From positions 768,001 to 832,000 of the forward strand of contig CAWCLO010000001.1 in NCBI GenBank assembly GCA_963796455.1: DNA of 64,000 nucleotides. The letters are read 5' to 3'. The stretch comes from Candidatus Sulfomarinibacteraceae bacterium. GTDB lineage: Bacteria; Acidobacteriota; Thermoanaerobaculia; Thermoanaerobaculales; Sulfomarinibacteraceae. The position numbers and the translations under genes are program-made. Shown here in pieces: positions 44,142 to 54,712 of this stretch. Each line of letters opens with the position of its first letter. Within the stretch, counting starts at the first letter, position 1. Below the pieces are notes generated by a model. It was not told the origin of the DNA and made no database searches. It saw only the letters and a list, made by a program, of their open reading frames with translations.

Positions 44142-44453
44142 CAGCGGCAGCGACAGTGTCCAGCGTCAGCGACAGGCAACAGCGAACAGGGACAGCGGTC
44201 AGTGTTCAGCGACGGAGAGCAGCCGCAGCGATCAGGTGCAGTGACGGCGTAGCCACCTCCGGGTCGTTCAACAGGAAGGGGTAGCCGGTGGGCGGCCGCT
44301 CGTGACGTGATGAAGGTCTTCAATCAGGTCCGTGCCATGACCCGGCGACTCTTGGGCCCGAAGAAGTGAGTGTTGAACGCGGATCGCTGGCGCTGATCAC
44401 TGTCGCTGCCGCTGATTCCTGTCCGCTGTCGCTGAATTCTGTCGCTGTCCCTG
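44142..44453. repeat. Imperfect palindrome of CAGCG-rich and CGCTG-rich repeats around a short coding-like core
   Basis: Left arm 44142-44252, right arm 44383-44453; core encodes VMKVFNQVRAMTRRLLGPKK* (44307-44369). Confidence 0.65.
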
Positions 44454-44577
44454 TACGCAATCCGAGACTCTGTCTTGGACAAGAGTGATGCTGGATTCAT
44501 TGAGATCGTAGATTCACGTTATAGCTTATCAACGGTCTTGTGCGATGGAATTCAATTCCTAATTCCTAATTCTGAAC

Positions 44578-45474
44578 CTATTCCTCGAGATTGAGAGCAT
44601 CCTTGGCGAGTTGTTTCGCGTACTCCATGGGCTCGGGGAGATCGGTGTTCTCGACCACGTGCCACTCGACGCGGTGGTGCTTCGAAAGCTCGTCGAGGCG
44701 CTGCCACAGATCGCGGTGCGAAACATCCTTGCCATCCCGGGTCTTCCACCCGCGGTCCTTCCAACCCGGCACCCAGGCGGTCGCACCATCTTTGAGGTAA
44801 TCGGAGACCGTATAAAGATGGACCCGGACCTGCCGTTTGAGTTCTTCAAGACCCGCGATCGCTCCCAGCAGGTGCATCCGGTTGGGTGAGGCCCCCGGGG
44901 ATCTCCCGCTGAGACCCTTTTCTTCGTCGCCGAAACGCATGACCAGGCCCCACGTGCCAGTCTTTTTCTTTCCCGAATATGCGACGGCCGTGAAGAGATG
45001 GACCGCTTTGGGGTCTTGGAGCGGCAAGGGCGCCCGGGGTATGGCAGCTGAAGCCAGGCGATCGGCGGCTTCGTTCCACTGGTCGCCGGCATGGCCCTTG
45101 GTCCAGCGCCAGGTCACGTCGTGGATCTCGAGAACCGCCGAAAGCTCCTCCCACAGGTCCCGGTTCTTGACGTCTTTCTTTCCGGCGGTCTTCCACCCTT
45201 TCGCCCGCCACTTGGACATCCACTCGGTAATACCGCTGCGCAAATAGGTGGAATCGGTGAAGAGTTCGACGCGGTGAGGAGTTTCGAGAGCGCGCAGCGC
45301 CTCGATGGCCGCCCGGATCTCCATTCTGTTGTTGGTGGCTTCTTTTTCGCCACCCGAAAGCTCGCGCACCTCCGCGCTGCCATACAGCAACACCGCGCCC
45401 CATCCTCCGGGGCCGGGATTCGGCCGACAACCGCCGTCGGTGTAAATGGTGATCTTGGGAAGGTCAGAAGTCAT
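44578..45474 (-). CDS. rnhA: Ribonuclease HI with a second, degenerate RNase H domain
   Basis: YTDGGCRPNPGPGGW, TNNRME, TDS, WTKGHAG..NE.AD; second copy FTAVAY, PNRMH, TVSDY. Confidence 0.9.
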   Translation of the reverse strand: MTSDLPKITIYTDGGCRPNPGPGGWGAVLLYGSAEVRELSGGEKEATNNRMEIRAAIEALRALETPHRVELFTDSTYLRSGITEWMSKWRAKGWKTAGKKDVKNRDLWEELSAVLEIHDVTWRWTKGHAGDQWNEAADRLASAAIPRAPLPLQDPKAVHLFTAVAYSGKKKTGTWGLVMRFGDEEKGLSGRSPGASPNRMHLLGAIAGLEELKRQVRVHLYTVSDYLKDGATAWVPGWKDRGWKTRDGKDVSHRDLWQRLDELSKHHRVEWHVVENTDLPEPMEYAKQLAKDALNLEE

Positions 45475-45674
45475 GGTCGGAGACGATAGCAGAAGCGATG
45501 CTCGGTTGGTAATTCTGGATGCTAGATGCTACGAAAGCGTAGATTCCCCTCGCGGAGTGTGAAGGGCCGTGTACGACTATTCCTGAATCAGTGGTCTGAA
45601 TCTTGTGCCCGGGCGTGTGGGTTGGCCAAATCCCAAATCCGAAATCCGAAATTGAGCGAAGCGTGCGGCCGGTA

Positions 45675-46490
45675 TCACCCTTCCCGCTCACCCCTTTTGT
45701 CGACCCCGAGCCTCTTGACCAGAAAGGCCGTCAGCCATGGGGCGTGGCGTTCGAGGAATACGAGCGCCTTGCCGTGGCCGGTGATGACGACCACCCTCTT
45801 CCGTTTCAATACACCCTTGACCAGAGCAGCCGCAGCCTTCGTGGTGTCCATGCTGAGCCAGGCGGGAATCGGATCGGCGGCGTCTTTCCGGTATTCGCCA
45901 TCGTTGTCGACCTGGCGTATTTCGGAATCGACAAAGCCGGGCGCCAGCAGGGTCACCGCAACACCGTGCCGATCCATCTCTGCTTCGAGCGATCCGGCGA
46001 GCGCGCGCATGGCGTGTTTGGACATGGAATAGGGCGAACTCACCGGAATCGAAATATAGCTCATGACGCTGCCCATGATCGCCAGACCGCCGCGGCTCGC
46101 GATCAGGGCATCGCGAGTCGCATGTACCGTCCGCAAGACGCCAAAGATATTGGTTTCGAACTGGCGTCGGTAATCGTCCAACTCGAGCTTGTGAACGGCG
46201 CCTGCAACCCCGAAACCGGCATTTGCGATGACCCAGTCAATTCTGCCGAATTTTTCGAGGGCCTTTTCGACCGCAGCTTCCAGGTCGCCGTCCACGGTCA
46301 CATCGCAACGGATGGTCAGAGCGCTTCGACCGCGCGCCCGGACCTCGAGCGCGAGCGCTTCGAGGCGTTCCCAACGCCGGGCGAGCAGCACCACATCGGC
46401 CCCTCGCCGTGCGAACTCTCGACTCATGGCGGCTCCGATTCCGGATGAAGCGCCGGTGATGAACGCGACCTTGCCTTTCAGATTCGCCAT
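45675..46490 (-). CDS. SDR family oxidoreductase
   Basis: TGASSGIG, NAG, YSMSK, PGFVDS. Confidence 0.92.
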   Translation of the reverse strand: MANLKGKVAFITGASSGIGAAMSREFARRGADVVLLARRWERLEALALEVRARGRSALTIRCDVTVDGDLEAAVEKALEKFGRIDWVIANAGFGVAGAVHKLELDDYRRQFETNIFGVLRTVHATRDALIASRGGLAIMGSVMSYISIPVSSPYSMSKHAMRALAGSLEAEMDRHGVAVTLLAPGFVDSEIRQVDNDGEYRKDAADPIPAWLSMDTTKAAAALVKGVLKRKRVVVITGHGKALVFLERHAPWLTAFLVKRLGVDKRGEREG

Positions 46491-46554
46491 GTTGACCTCG
46501 TGGAATGATTGTAACGGAGGATGCGGCATGCGGGATCCATGGGTTCACCCAATT

Positions 46555-46717
46555 CACCACCAAGACACCAAGGGCGCCAAGAGCGCAAAAAAATGAACTC
46601 GCATCGCGTCGCGGACGGGTCCATTTGTCCCCGCGGCCCAGAGGAGAGGAACCGCGAGATCCTTCGATGATTGATGAGCACATCAAAAACTTTGGTGGCC
46701 TCGGTGTCTTGGTGGTT
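46555..46717. repeat. Inverted repeat pair CACCAAGACACC / GGTGTCTTGGTG
   Basis: Seen directly between divergent genes. Confidence 0.7.
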
Positions 46718-46826
46718 CCTCCGGTGGGCGGGCCGATATTCCGATATCCAGAATCCGACGTCCCCTCGGTCGGGTGGTCGGGTTCCTGTATTCTCTCTCG
46801 GTACGGAAACCGGAAAAGGAGCGACC

Positions 46827-47990
46827 ATGACCACATCAAGAAGAGACTTTGTTCAGCTTTCCCTGATCGCCGGCGGCGCCGTCGGCCTCGGCCTCGCACG
46901 AAATGCCCGGGCGGCCTCGTCCGACGTCGGCACCGCCGCCAAAAAACTCAAAATCCTCATTCTCGGTGGCACCGGTCTGATCGGACCGCCGATGGTCGAG
47001 TACGCCATCGCCCGCGGACACGAGATCACCCTCTTCAATCGCGGCAAGACCAACTCGCATCTCTTCCCGGACCTGGAAAAGCTCAAGGGCGACCGCAACG
47101 ACGATATCTCGGCCCTCAAGGCCCAGGTCGACGCCGGCCGCAGGTGGGACGTGGTCGTCGACAACACCGCTTCGATCCCGCGTTGGGTCAACGAAAGCGC
47201 CACTCTTCTCGCCGACTCTGCCGATTTTTACCTCTATACATCGTCGGTCTCCGCCTATGCAGATCACTCGGTGGCGGGCGCCGATGAGACCGCGGCACTC
47301 GGCCAGATAACCCCTGAAGACGAGGCCAAGGTCCTGACCACCAAGGACATCACCGGCGACAACTACGGCCCCCTCAAGGCCCGATGCGAAGAAGAGGCCT
47401 GCAAGGCCTTCCCTGAGGCCTGCTGCGTGGTTCGGCCAGGGCTGATCGTCGGTCCCGGCGACTACTCCGACCGCTTTACCTATTGGCCGGTCCGGGTCTA
47501 CCGCGGCGGCGAGGTCATGGCACCCGGCAACCCCACCGACCCCGTCCAGTTCATCGACAGCCGCGACCTCGGCGAATGGTATGTGGAGCTGGTGGAGAAT
47601 CGGACCACCGGACATTTCAACGGTGTCGGTCCGAAATCGCCGATGAGCATCGCCGGCATGCTGCACGGAATCCGGGCCACGGTCTCCAACGACATCTCCT
47701 TTACCTGGGTGCCGGCCGACTTCCTCGAGGAGCACGAGGTCGAGGCGTGGCGTCACATGACGGTCTGGGTGCCGGCCATCGGCGAATTTGCGGGGTACTC
47801 CACGTCCAATATCGATCGCGCAATCGAGGCCGGTCTCACCTTCCGCCCCCTTGCCGATACCGTCGTGGCGACGATGGATTATTGGAACTCCCTGCCCGCA
47901 GACCGTCGGGAGAAACCGCGCGCCGGTTGTCCGCCCGAGCTCGAGGAGAAAACCCTTGCCGCGTGGCATGCCAAGGAAGATTCGGATTGA
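46827..47990 (+). CDS. NAD-dependent epimerase/dehydratase family protein with Tat signal
   Basis: MTTSRRDFV; ILGGTGLIG, YGPLK, RPGLIVGP.D..DRFTYW. Confidence 0.88.
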   Translation: MTTSRRDFVQLSLIAGGAVGLGLARNARAASSDVGTAAKKLKILILGGTGLIGPPMVEYAIARGHEITLFNRGKTNSHLFPDLEKLKGDRNDDISALKAQVDAGRRWDVVVDNTASIPRWVNESATLLADSADFYLYTSSVSAYADHSVAGADETAALGQITPEDEAKVLTTKDITGDNYGPLKARCEEEACKAFPEACCVVRPGLIVGPGDYSDRFTYWPVRVYRGGEVMAPGNPTDPVQFIDSRDLGEWYVELVENRTTGHFNGVGPKSPMSIAGMLHGIRATVSNDISFTWVPADFLEEHEVEAWRHMTVWVPAIGEFAGYSTSNIDRAIEAGLTFRPLADTVVATMDYWNSLPADRREKPRAGCPPELEEKTLAAWHAKEDSD

Positions 47991-48021
47991 GGAGCTAGGG
48001 ACCAGGGCCAGGGTCTAGGAT

Positions 48022-49317
48022 ATGGGATTTCTTACCCGTCTTGTTGCCGTCGAGAAGGGCGAAGTCCGGCCCATGTTGTGGGCTGTGGCCTACTATTTTC
48101 TCCTGCTTGCCGCCTATTTCGTAATCCGCCCGATTCGCGACGAAATGGGTGTGGCAGGAGGGGTGGGAAATCTCCAATGGCTCTTCCTGGGTACTCTGAT
48201 CGGGATGCTGCTTTTCCATCCGATTTACACTGCGCTGGTCTCGAAGCTGAGGCGCAGCCTGTTCATCCCGCTCTCCTATACTTTTTTTGCGCTCAACATT
48301 CTCGTTTTCTGGTTTCTCTTTCGGAACATCGACGAGGGCTCCGCGATCTGGGCGGGACGGGTCTTCTTTGTCTGGACGTCGGTCTTCAACCTCTTTGTGG
48401 TTTCGATCTTCTGGTCGCTGATGGCAGATCTCTTTCGACCCGGGCAGGCCGCCCGCCTCTTCGGATTTGTGGCCGTCGGGGGCACAATCGGCGCAGTAAC
48501 CGGTTCCTCGATCACCGCCTTCCTCGCAGAGATACTCACGCCAAACAATCTGCTGTTGGTGTCGGCGACTTTGCTCGGCCTGGCGATACTTGCCGCCCGG
48601 CAATTGATGAAATCGGCACCCCGCAGGAATGACGAAGACATGACAGTTTCGGTGGATGCCGACGCACCGGTCGGCGGCAAAATCCTCGACGGTATTCGGT
48701 TCGTGTTTTCGTCGCCCTATCTCCTCGGAATTGTCGGCTACATGTTTCTGTACACCGTGACAGCGACCTTCCTCTACTTCCAACAGGCCGAAATCGTCGA
48801 AGTGAGTTTTTCGGATCGGACTCTGAGGACGGTGTTTTTTGCCCGAGTCGATCTTGCGGTCAACTCCTTGACGGCCATCATGCAGATCTTTTTGACCGGC
48901 CGGATCGTTCGCCGAATCGGGGTGGCCCTCGCGCTCGCGACCCTGCCGTTGGTCTGCATCCTCGGATTCATCGCGATCGGCGCAACACCAACACTTTTGG
49001 CTATCGCCGTCTTCCAGATTCTGCGCCGAACCAGCAACTACGCGATCGCCAGACCTTGTCGCGAAATGCTCTACACGGTCATCCCGCGAGGCGCGAAGTA
49101 CAAAGCAAAGAACTTCATCGACACCTTTATCTATCGAGTCGGCGACCAGATTGGAGCGTGGTCCTACACCGGCCTCGCCGCCATCGGACTCACGACAGCC
49201 GGCATCTCGATGGTTGCTGCACCGCTGGCCGCGGTGTGGCTGGGGATCGGCCTCTGGCTCGGCCGGCGCCAGAAGGAAATGGCTACAGATTCTGAAATGA
49301 TTTTGCGCTCAGATTGA
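48022..49317 (+). CDS. MFS transporter, ATP:ADP antiporter-like
   Basis: About 12 TMs; RPIRDEMG, VVSIFWS, RPCREMLYT, KYKAKNFIDT..YR.GD. Confidence 0.85.
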   Translation: MGFLTRLVAVEKGEVRPMLWAVAYYFLLLAAYFVIRPIRDEMGVAGGVGNLQWLFLGTLIGMLLFHPIYTALVSKLRRSLFIPLSYTFFALNILVFWFLFRNIDEGSAIWAGRVFFVWTSVFNLFVVSIFWSLMADLFRPGQAARLFGFVAVGGTIGAVTGSSITAFLAEILTPNNLLLVSATLLGLAILAARQLMKSAPRRNDEDMTVSVDADAPVGGKILDGIRFVFSSPYLLGIVGYMFLYTVTATFLYFQQAEIVEVSFSDRTLRTVFFARVDLAVNSLTAIMQIFLTGRIVRRIGVALALATLPLVCILGFIAIGATPTLLAIAVFQILRRTSNYAIARPCREMLYTVIPRGAKYKAKNFIDTFIYRVGDQIGAWSYTGLAAIGLTTAGISMVAAPLAAVWLGIGLWLGRRQKEMATDSEMILRSD

Positions 49318-49747
49318 CCGCGCGGGCGAAGCCGCCGACCAGACGACCGCGCTCGAAGCACAATCGGTAGAGGTTGAAATCACCCAGGCTGAAGGTCTGT
49401 TCGGATGTCGGGAAGCGATGGATATAGGCCATTCGCGATGCCGCATACTCGCCGTCCGTCCGGGCTACCAGCTGGACTGTGCCCGAAATGGTCACACGGG
49501 CAACCTGGAGGGCATCCTCTCGCTCACTGACGGCACCGTGGATGAGCGCACTGAACGGCAGACCGGGTTGAAGCCCCCGGCTGTGTCGAGCCAGCTGCGA
49601 AGCATGAACCAGTGCAGAACCGTGGTCCGCAGCAACCACAAAAGGCAACAACCCGACGTGGGGTTCGCCCTCGACCAGAACCCCGAGGGACAAAACTCGG
49701 GTCTCGGTGAGAAGCGCTCTGAGAAGGTCACGATCTTCCATTTTCAT
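49283..49747 (-). CDS. Pyridoxamine 5'-phosphate oxidase-like (HugZ-type split barrel) protein
   Basis: SQLARHSR, RVTISG, LGDFNLY, VGGFARA. Confidence 0.8.
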   Translation of the reverse strand: MKMEDRDLLRALLTETRVLSLGVLVEGEPHVGLLPFVVAADHGSALVHASQLARHSRGLQPGLPFSALIHGAVSEREDALQVARVTISGTVQLVARTDGEYAASRMAYIHRFPTSEQTFSLGDFNLYRLCFERGRLVGGFARAVNLSAKSFQNL

Positions 49748-49849
49748 AACAGCTGTCCGATCTCTATCCTCCGAGTCGACTCATCCACTCGTACATCCCC
49801 AGACCCGCCAGCTCGGGGTAGAGGCTACTTACAAGGTTAGAATCCCATT

Positions 49850-50639
49850 ATGACCAAAAAGTCACATCGCGTCCGCCTTGTCTCGTGGAAGGCTGATCGG
49901 GCAAGTGAGATTGCAGCCGGTCTCGAAACGGCCGGTTTTCAGGTCGATGCTGGAGCCATCGACAACGCCGCCCTGAAGGCCATGGCCAAAGCCCCACCCG
50001 AGGCGGTGGTCATCGATCTCGGCCGCCTGCCGGCACAGGGGCGGGATATCGGCATCGCAGTCCGCACCCGGGCGAGCACTCGAAATGTGCCTCTCGTGTT
50101 CGTCGACGGCGCAGCAGAAAAGGTCGCTAAGAGCCAGGCAACAACTCCCAGATGCGGTCTACACGACTCGCTCGGAGATGGTCACAGAAACTTTCGAAGC
50201 GATCGCGAACCCTCCCGCCAACCCGGTCGTTCCCGCTTCGAATCTGGCCGGGTACTCGGGAACCCCACTGGCGAAGAAGCTCGGCATCAAGACCGATTCG
50301 ACCGTTGCCCTGGTGGATGCTCCGGACAATTTTGCCTCGACCCTGGTTGAGCTGTCGCCGGAAGTGTCCCTGGTTGCCGGCGTCAATACCGATGCGCAGG
50401 TCACCTTTTGGTTCATCCGCTCCCTTGCGGATCTGAAGGACGGAATCAAGAACATGGCGGCAAGCTCCGCGGACGGACGATTGTGGATCTGCTGGCCGAA
50501 AAAGGCTTCCGGCATCGCCACCGACGTGACCCAGAACGAGGTCCGCAACCGCGGGCTCGCGACCGGCATCGTCGATTTCAAGATCTGCGCCATCGACAGC
50601 ACATGGTCGGGTCTGTGCTTCACCCGCCGCAAGAATTGA
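49850..50639 (+). CDS. Receiver-like domain fused to a DUF3052-like domain (frameshift near 50130)
   Basis: AVVIDLGRLPAQG...VPLVFV; then AGYSGTPLAKKLGIK, WICWPKKASG, DFKICAID.TWSGL. Confidence 0.7.
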
Positions 50640-50690
50640 CCCTTCGATCAAGGCTGAAGACCGATTACAATCTCTGCCGAGGGGGCAGCC

Positions 50691-51449
50691 ATGGATTTCA
50701 GCGGCAAGACAGTGCTCGTCACCGGTGGGGCGCGTGGAATCGGTCGCGCGATCTGCAGAGCTTTTGCTGCGCGTGGCGCGAGAGTTGCTGTGAACTATCG
50801 CGAAAACCGTGAGGCGGCCGAGCAGACGGTTTCGATCCTGCCCGGCGGTCCCCACATCGCCGTCCAGGCGGATGTGACCGATCCTGCCTCGGTGGAGCGA
50901 CTCTTCGAGACCGTCACCGACGCCTTCAGCCGGCTCCATATCGTGGTCAACAACGCGGGCATCTACCAATACCATCGAATTGAAGAGGTGGACTACGAGG
51001 AGTGGCAGCGCTCGTGGCGCGAGGTCCTCGACACCAACCTGGTCGGCCCGTCAAACGTTCTGTACTGCGCCGCCCGCCACATGATCGAACACGGGGGTGG
51101 GAGGATCGTCGCCGTCTCGTCGCGGGGCGCGTTCCGAGGCGAACCCGAGGGGCCGGCATATGGTGCGAGCAAGGCGGGGCTCAACGCCATGTGCCAGTCA
51201 TTCGCCCAACGGTTGGCCCCGCACGCCATTTCGGTTGGGGTTGTGGCCCCGGGTTTTGTCGAGACCGAGATGGCGGCGAGGGTACTCGATGCTCCGGGAG
51301 GTGATGCGGTCCGGGCCCAGAGCCCCTACGGCCGGGTCGCCAAACCCGAGGAGGTCGCCCACGCGGTGCTCTTCCTGGCCTCCGATGGAGCCGAGTTCTC
51401 CACCGGCGCCATCATCGATGTCAATGGAGCGTCGTATCTGCGGACTTAA
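50691..51449 (+). CDS. SDR (FabG-like) oxidoreductase
   Basis: [23 protein letters not shown]. Confidence 0.92.
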   Translation: MDFSGKTVLVTGGARGIGRAICRAFAARGARVAVNYRENREAAEQTVSILPGGPHIAVQADVTDPASVERLFETVTDAFSRLHIVVNNAGIYQYHRIEEVDYEEWQRSWREVLDTNLVGPSNVLYCAARHMIEHGGGRIVAVSSRGAFRGEPEGPAYGASKAGLNAMCQSFAQRLAPHAISVGVVAPGFVETEMAARVLDAPGGDAVRAQSPYGRVAKPEEVAHAVLFLASDGAEFSTGAIIDVNGASYLRT

Positions 51450-51459
51450 CCCGTAAAAT

Positions 51460-52395
51460 CACAGAATCGATTGAGCACGGATGATGTCGGGAAGCGGTGG
51501 CACTGAGTTCACGCCCTCGCCGATCGATTCTTCAACGCGAAGACGCAAAGACGCGAAGCCATCGCGAAGTAGCGCGCTATGCCCACAGATCACACAGATA
51601 GACCCAGATAGCAGCCTGATTGCGGAGGCATCGGCAACATCAGCAGCCAAGCGGTGTCCGCCTGTCTTGTTTTTAACGCAGAGACGCAAAGGCGCAGAGA
51701 CGCAGAGACGCAGAGGACATCCTGGAAGAGCCCTCCATCCGGCGAGGTCCTGGTCGCCATCCGGCGGCCAGGAACCGCTGGGTCAGGAAATCGCCCCGAA
51801 AACCAGCTCTCGTCGCGATTTACTGACCCAGCGGCCCTGCGCGACCGCGCAGGCCTCGCCTCCTTCCTCCCCTTTCCTTCAATCAAGGAAGGGGGTCTCC
51901 GATGCAAGGCAGATCCGGCATGCAGTAGGCGCGCCGGTCCGGTGGGGAGCGGGTTGACTCCGAGCGCTGGCGATCGGAGCCAACCCGCTTCTCACCGGTG
52001 ACGGACGATCGGAGATCGTCTGTCGATCTGCCGACTCTGGTGGCTACACCGCCCAAGTTCGCCGACCAGACCTTGGCGTCTTTGCGTCTTTGCGTTCTTT
52101 GCGGTTCAACCATGTGCACGCGAGACGCGTGCACCACCATGGCGGTGCAGCCGTCTCGGCTGCACTCCGGTCGTGCCTTTGCGATGGCTTCTGTGTTTTT
52201 CTGTGTGTTCTGCGGGCCTTTGCGCCAGCCCTCTGTGTTCCCTCTCTGTGTCTTCGTGCCTCTGTGGTTTTCTGGGTGTGACTTCTTCGTGCCTTGGTGT
52301 CTTCGTGTTTGCGACGAGGGCGAGCGCGGCGGGTCTGCGTCCATCTGCGGGATCTGCGGGCGTTCTCTCTCTGTACCTCCGGGCCACCGCGGTTT
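51460..52395. repeat. Composite non-coding cluster of several REP-like and simple-repeat families between convergent genes
   Basis: Left: ACGCAAAG/ACGCAGAG and CACAGAT repeats. Centre: hairpins at 51833-51855 and 51941-51996. Right: CTTTGCGT, CTCTGTG, CTTCGTG and ATCTGCG repeats in the opposite sense. Confidence 0.8.
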
Positions 52396-52397
52396 TC

Positions 52398-53675
52398 CTA
52401 GCCGGGCTCCTCGAGCAGGGTGACGATCTTTTCCTCCATCTCGGCTACCAGCTCTTCGTGGTGGTTGCCGGTACCCGGGCCGGCAAAGCCCGAGTGAATC
52501 CACCGCACCCGGCCATCCCGACCGATGAAAATCGTCGTCGGATACGAGAGCACGGCACTGATATCGGGCACCGCAAGGGCGGCCTCCGCTTTGTCAGAGA
52601 TTCCCGCGAGCAGCAGCGGGTACTCGATGTCGTATCGTTGCCTGAATCGATCCAGGACCCTACGATCCCGTTCGGGGTCTCCCGAAAACTCGAACGCGAG
52701 TCCCACGATCTCGAGCCCTTCGGCCGACCACCGACGGTGCCAACCGGCAAGAATCGGCGCCTCGTCATTGCAGTTTGGGCACCACGAACCGAAGAGATTG
52801 ACGAGCACCACCTTGTTCTCGAACACAGGTTCGTCAGAGGCCAGGACCGACCCGCTCCGATCAGCAAAGCTGAAGCGAAAGCGCCGGTCATCGGAGGTCA
52901 CCTTGACCTCGTTCCACGGGTCCGGCAATACCGGGTCCTCCGCTCCTGCGCGCTCCGCCGTCCACTTCGTATGTGAGCTGTCACGCGACCAGAAATCGCC
53001 GTCCAGGGTCCCGTCGGCAAGTTCGACAGCGTGAAAGAGAAAGGCATGGGCGCCATCGAAGGTCGACAGCCGCAAGACTCCCTTCTCGTAGGAGCCCTCG
53101 AGATATCGATAGTCTCCGGTCGAGGTCAGAATGGTGCCGCTCACCCGCTCGCCGTCCTGCTCGAACTCGCCGCGAGCGTCTTCGTCGCCTGAATCATCTG
53201 TGAAGGTGATCCGCCAGGCGCCGGCAACGTCGGTCACGGCAGCGAGACCGGTGGTCTGAATGCCGCTCGATTCGATCGCCTGAAACCTTCTCAATACAGA
53301 CTTTTCCGCCATCCATGGCAGTTCGGACACACCCCCAGGTACGATTTTTCTCCAGGTGCCCTCGATGTTCAAACCATCACCGGAAATCCGACCGTCGAGC
53401 TTCGAGTCGTACCAGTCCATTTCGATGCTGACGCGGTCACCGTCGACAACAACCGCAGAGGTCGGGACCTCCTCTTGACCGTTGCGAATGACGGCCTGCA
53501 GCCTGCCCTCTGAGAACGTGATCGCGAGACCAAAGGGAAGCTCGCCACCCGGCGAGATCAGAACCGAGCGCCACTCGCCCCTGAGCGCGTCAGCGGCGAG
53601 GATCCGGTCGACCTCCGGGCTCGCACCACAAGAAACAGTCGCTGCAACCGCCAGTATGAATGTGATCCATCTCAT
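52398..53675 (-). CDS. TlpA/redoxin family lipoprotein with N-terminal beta domains
   Basis: Lipobox TVSC; GDYRYLEG, STFDGAHAFLF; GSWCPNC; YPTTIFI. Confidence 0.9.
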   Translation of the reverse strand: MRWITFILAVAATVSCGASPEVDRILAADALRGEWRSVLISPGGELPFGLAITFSEGRLQAVIRNGQEEVPTSAVVVDGDRVSIEMDWYDSKLDGRISGDGLNIEGTWRKIVPGGVSELPWMAEKSVLRRFQAIESSGIQTTGLAAVTDVAGAWRITFTDDSGDEDARGEFEQDGERVSGTILTSTGDYRYLEGSYEKGVLRLSTFDGAHAFLFHAVELADGTLDGDFWSRDSSHTKWTAERAGAEDPVLPDPWNEVKVTSDDRRFRFSFADRSGSVLASDEPVFENKVVLVNLFGSWCPNCNDEAPILAGWHRRWSAEGLEIVGLAFEFSGDPERDRRVLDRFRQRYDIEYPLLLAGISDKAEAALAVPDISAVLSYPTTIFIGRDGRVRWIHSGFAGPGTGNHHEELVAEMEEKIVTLLEEPG

Positions 53676-53857
53676 AGCCAGAGCCTACACGAGCGCGGAT
53701 GATCTCGGGGGCAGGATGCAGGCGAGATGATCGACCGGCAGTTTTCGGAGTCAAGGACAATCTGAAGTCGCCTGGAGTCCCGTAGCTGGAATCCGGGTGG
53801 AGGGTACCGAGAAGCATTTCGTGCCAATGCGTGTTCTCTATCAAGAGGGAAAAAAAT

Positions 53858-54712
53858 TTGAAGAACCAAGTCAGATCCGTGGCATTGTTACTGGCCGGCA
53901 AACCGACCGTCGAAGGGGCCGGAGTCCGTCTCCTCCGCGTCTTCGGATTGCCAGAATTGCCGCGCTTCGACCCTTTTTTGCTCTTCGACGATTTCGGATC
54001 AGACAACCCCGACGACTATCTGTCGGGTTTCCCCTGGCATCCCCATCGCGGCATCGAGACCGTGACCTACATGTTCTCGGGCTCGGTCGAGCATGGCGAC
54101 AGCCTCGGCAACAAGGGAGTGATAGCGACCGGCGACATCCAGTGGATGACGGCGGGAAGCGGCATCATCCATCAGGAGATGCCACAACGGGTTGACGAAC
54201 GTCTTCGTGGCTTTCAGCTGTGGGTCAACCTGCCGGCACGATCAAAGATGATGGCGCCTCGGTATCAAGACATCAAGGCGGACTCGATTCCCGAGGTTTC
54301 TCCCCATGACGGGTTGCGGATCAAGGTCATCGCGGGTGAGATCGTCGGTGTGCGCGGTCCGGTAAGGAACGTCATCGCCGAACCCGAGTACCTGGATATC
54401 ACCCTCGAGCCCGGTGCGGACCTCGAACACCCCACGACACCCGGCCACACAGTCTTCGCCTATGCCGTCAACGGCCGTGGCAAGATCGGACCGGGAGGCG
54501 CCTACGAACTCGAAAGGGGACAACTGGCACTCTTCACCGACGGAGACTCGGTGATCGTCCGCGCCGAAGACGTCCCTTTCCGCTTTCTACTTGTTTCGGG
54601 AAAACCCCTCGGTGAGCCGGTGGCATGGTCGGGACCGATCGTCATGAACACCCAAGAAGAACTGGCCGTAGCGTTCCAGGAGTATCGGACAGACACCTTT
54701 ATCAAGTCGTGA
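53858..54712 (+). CDS. Pirin family protein
   Basis: DPFLLFD, FPWHPHRGIETVTY, WMTAGSGIIHQE, QLWVNLP, GPIVMN. Confidence 0.95.
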   Translation: MKNQVRSVALLLAGKPTVEGAGVRLLRVFGLPELPRFDPFLLFDDFGSDNPDDYLSGFPWHPHRGIETVTYMFSGSVEHGDSLGNKGVIATGDIQWMTAGSGIIHQEMPQRVDERLRGFQLWVNLPARSKMMAPRYQDIKADSIPEVSPHDGLRIKVIAGEIVGVRGPVRNVIAEPEYLDITLEPGADLEHPTTPGHTVFAYAVNGRGKIGPGGAYELERGQLALFTDGDSVIVRAEDVPFRFLLVSGKPLGEPVAWSGPIVMNTQEELAVAFQEYRTDTFIKS

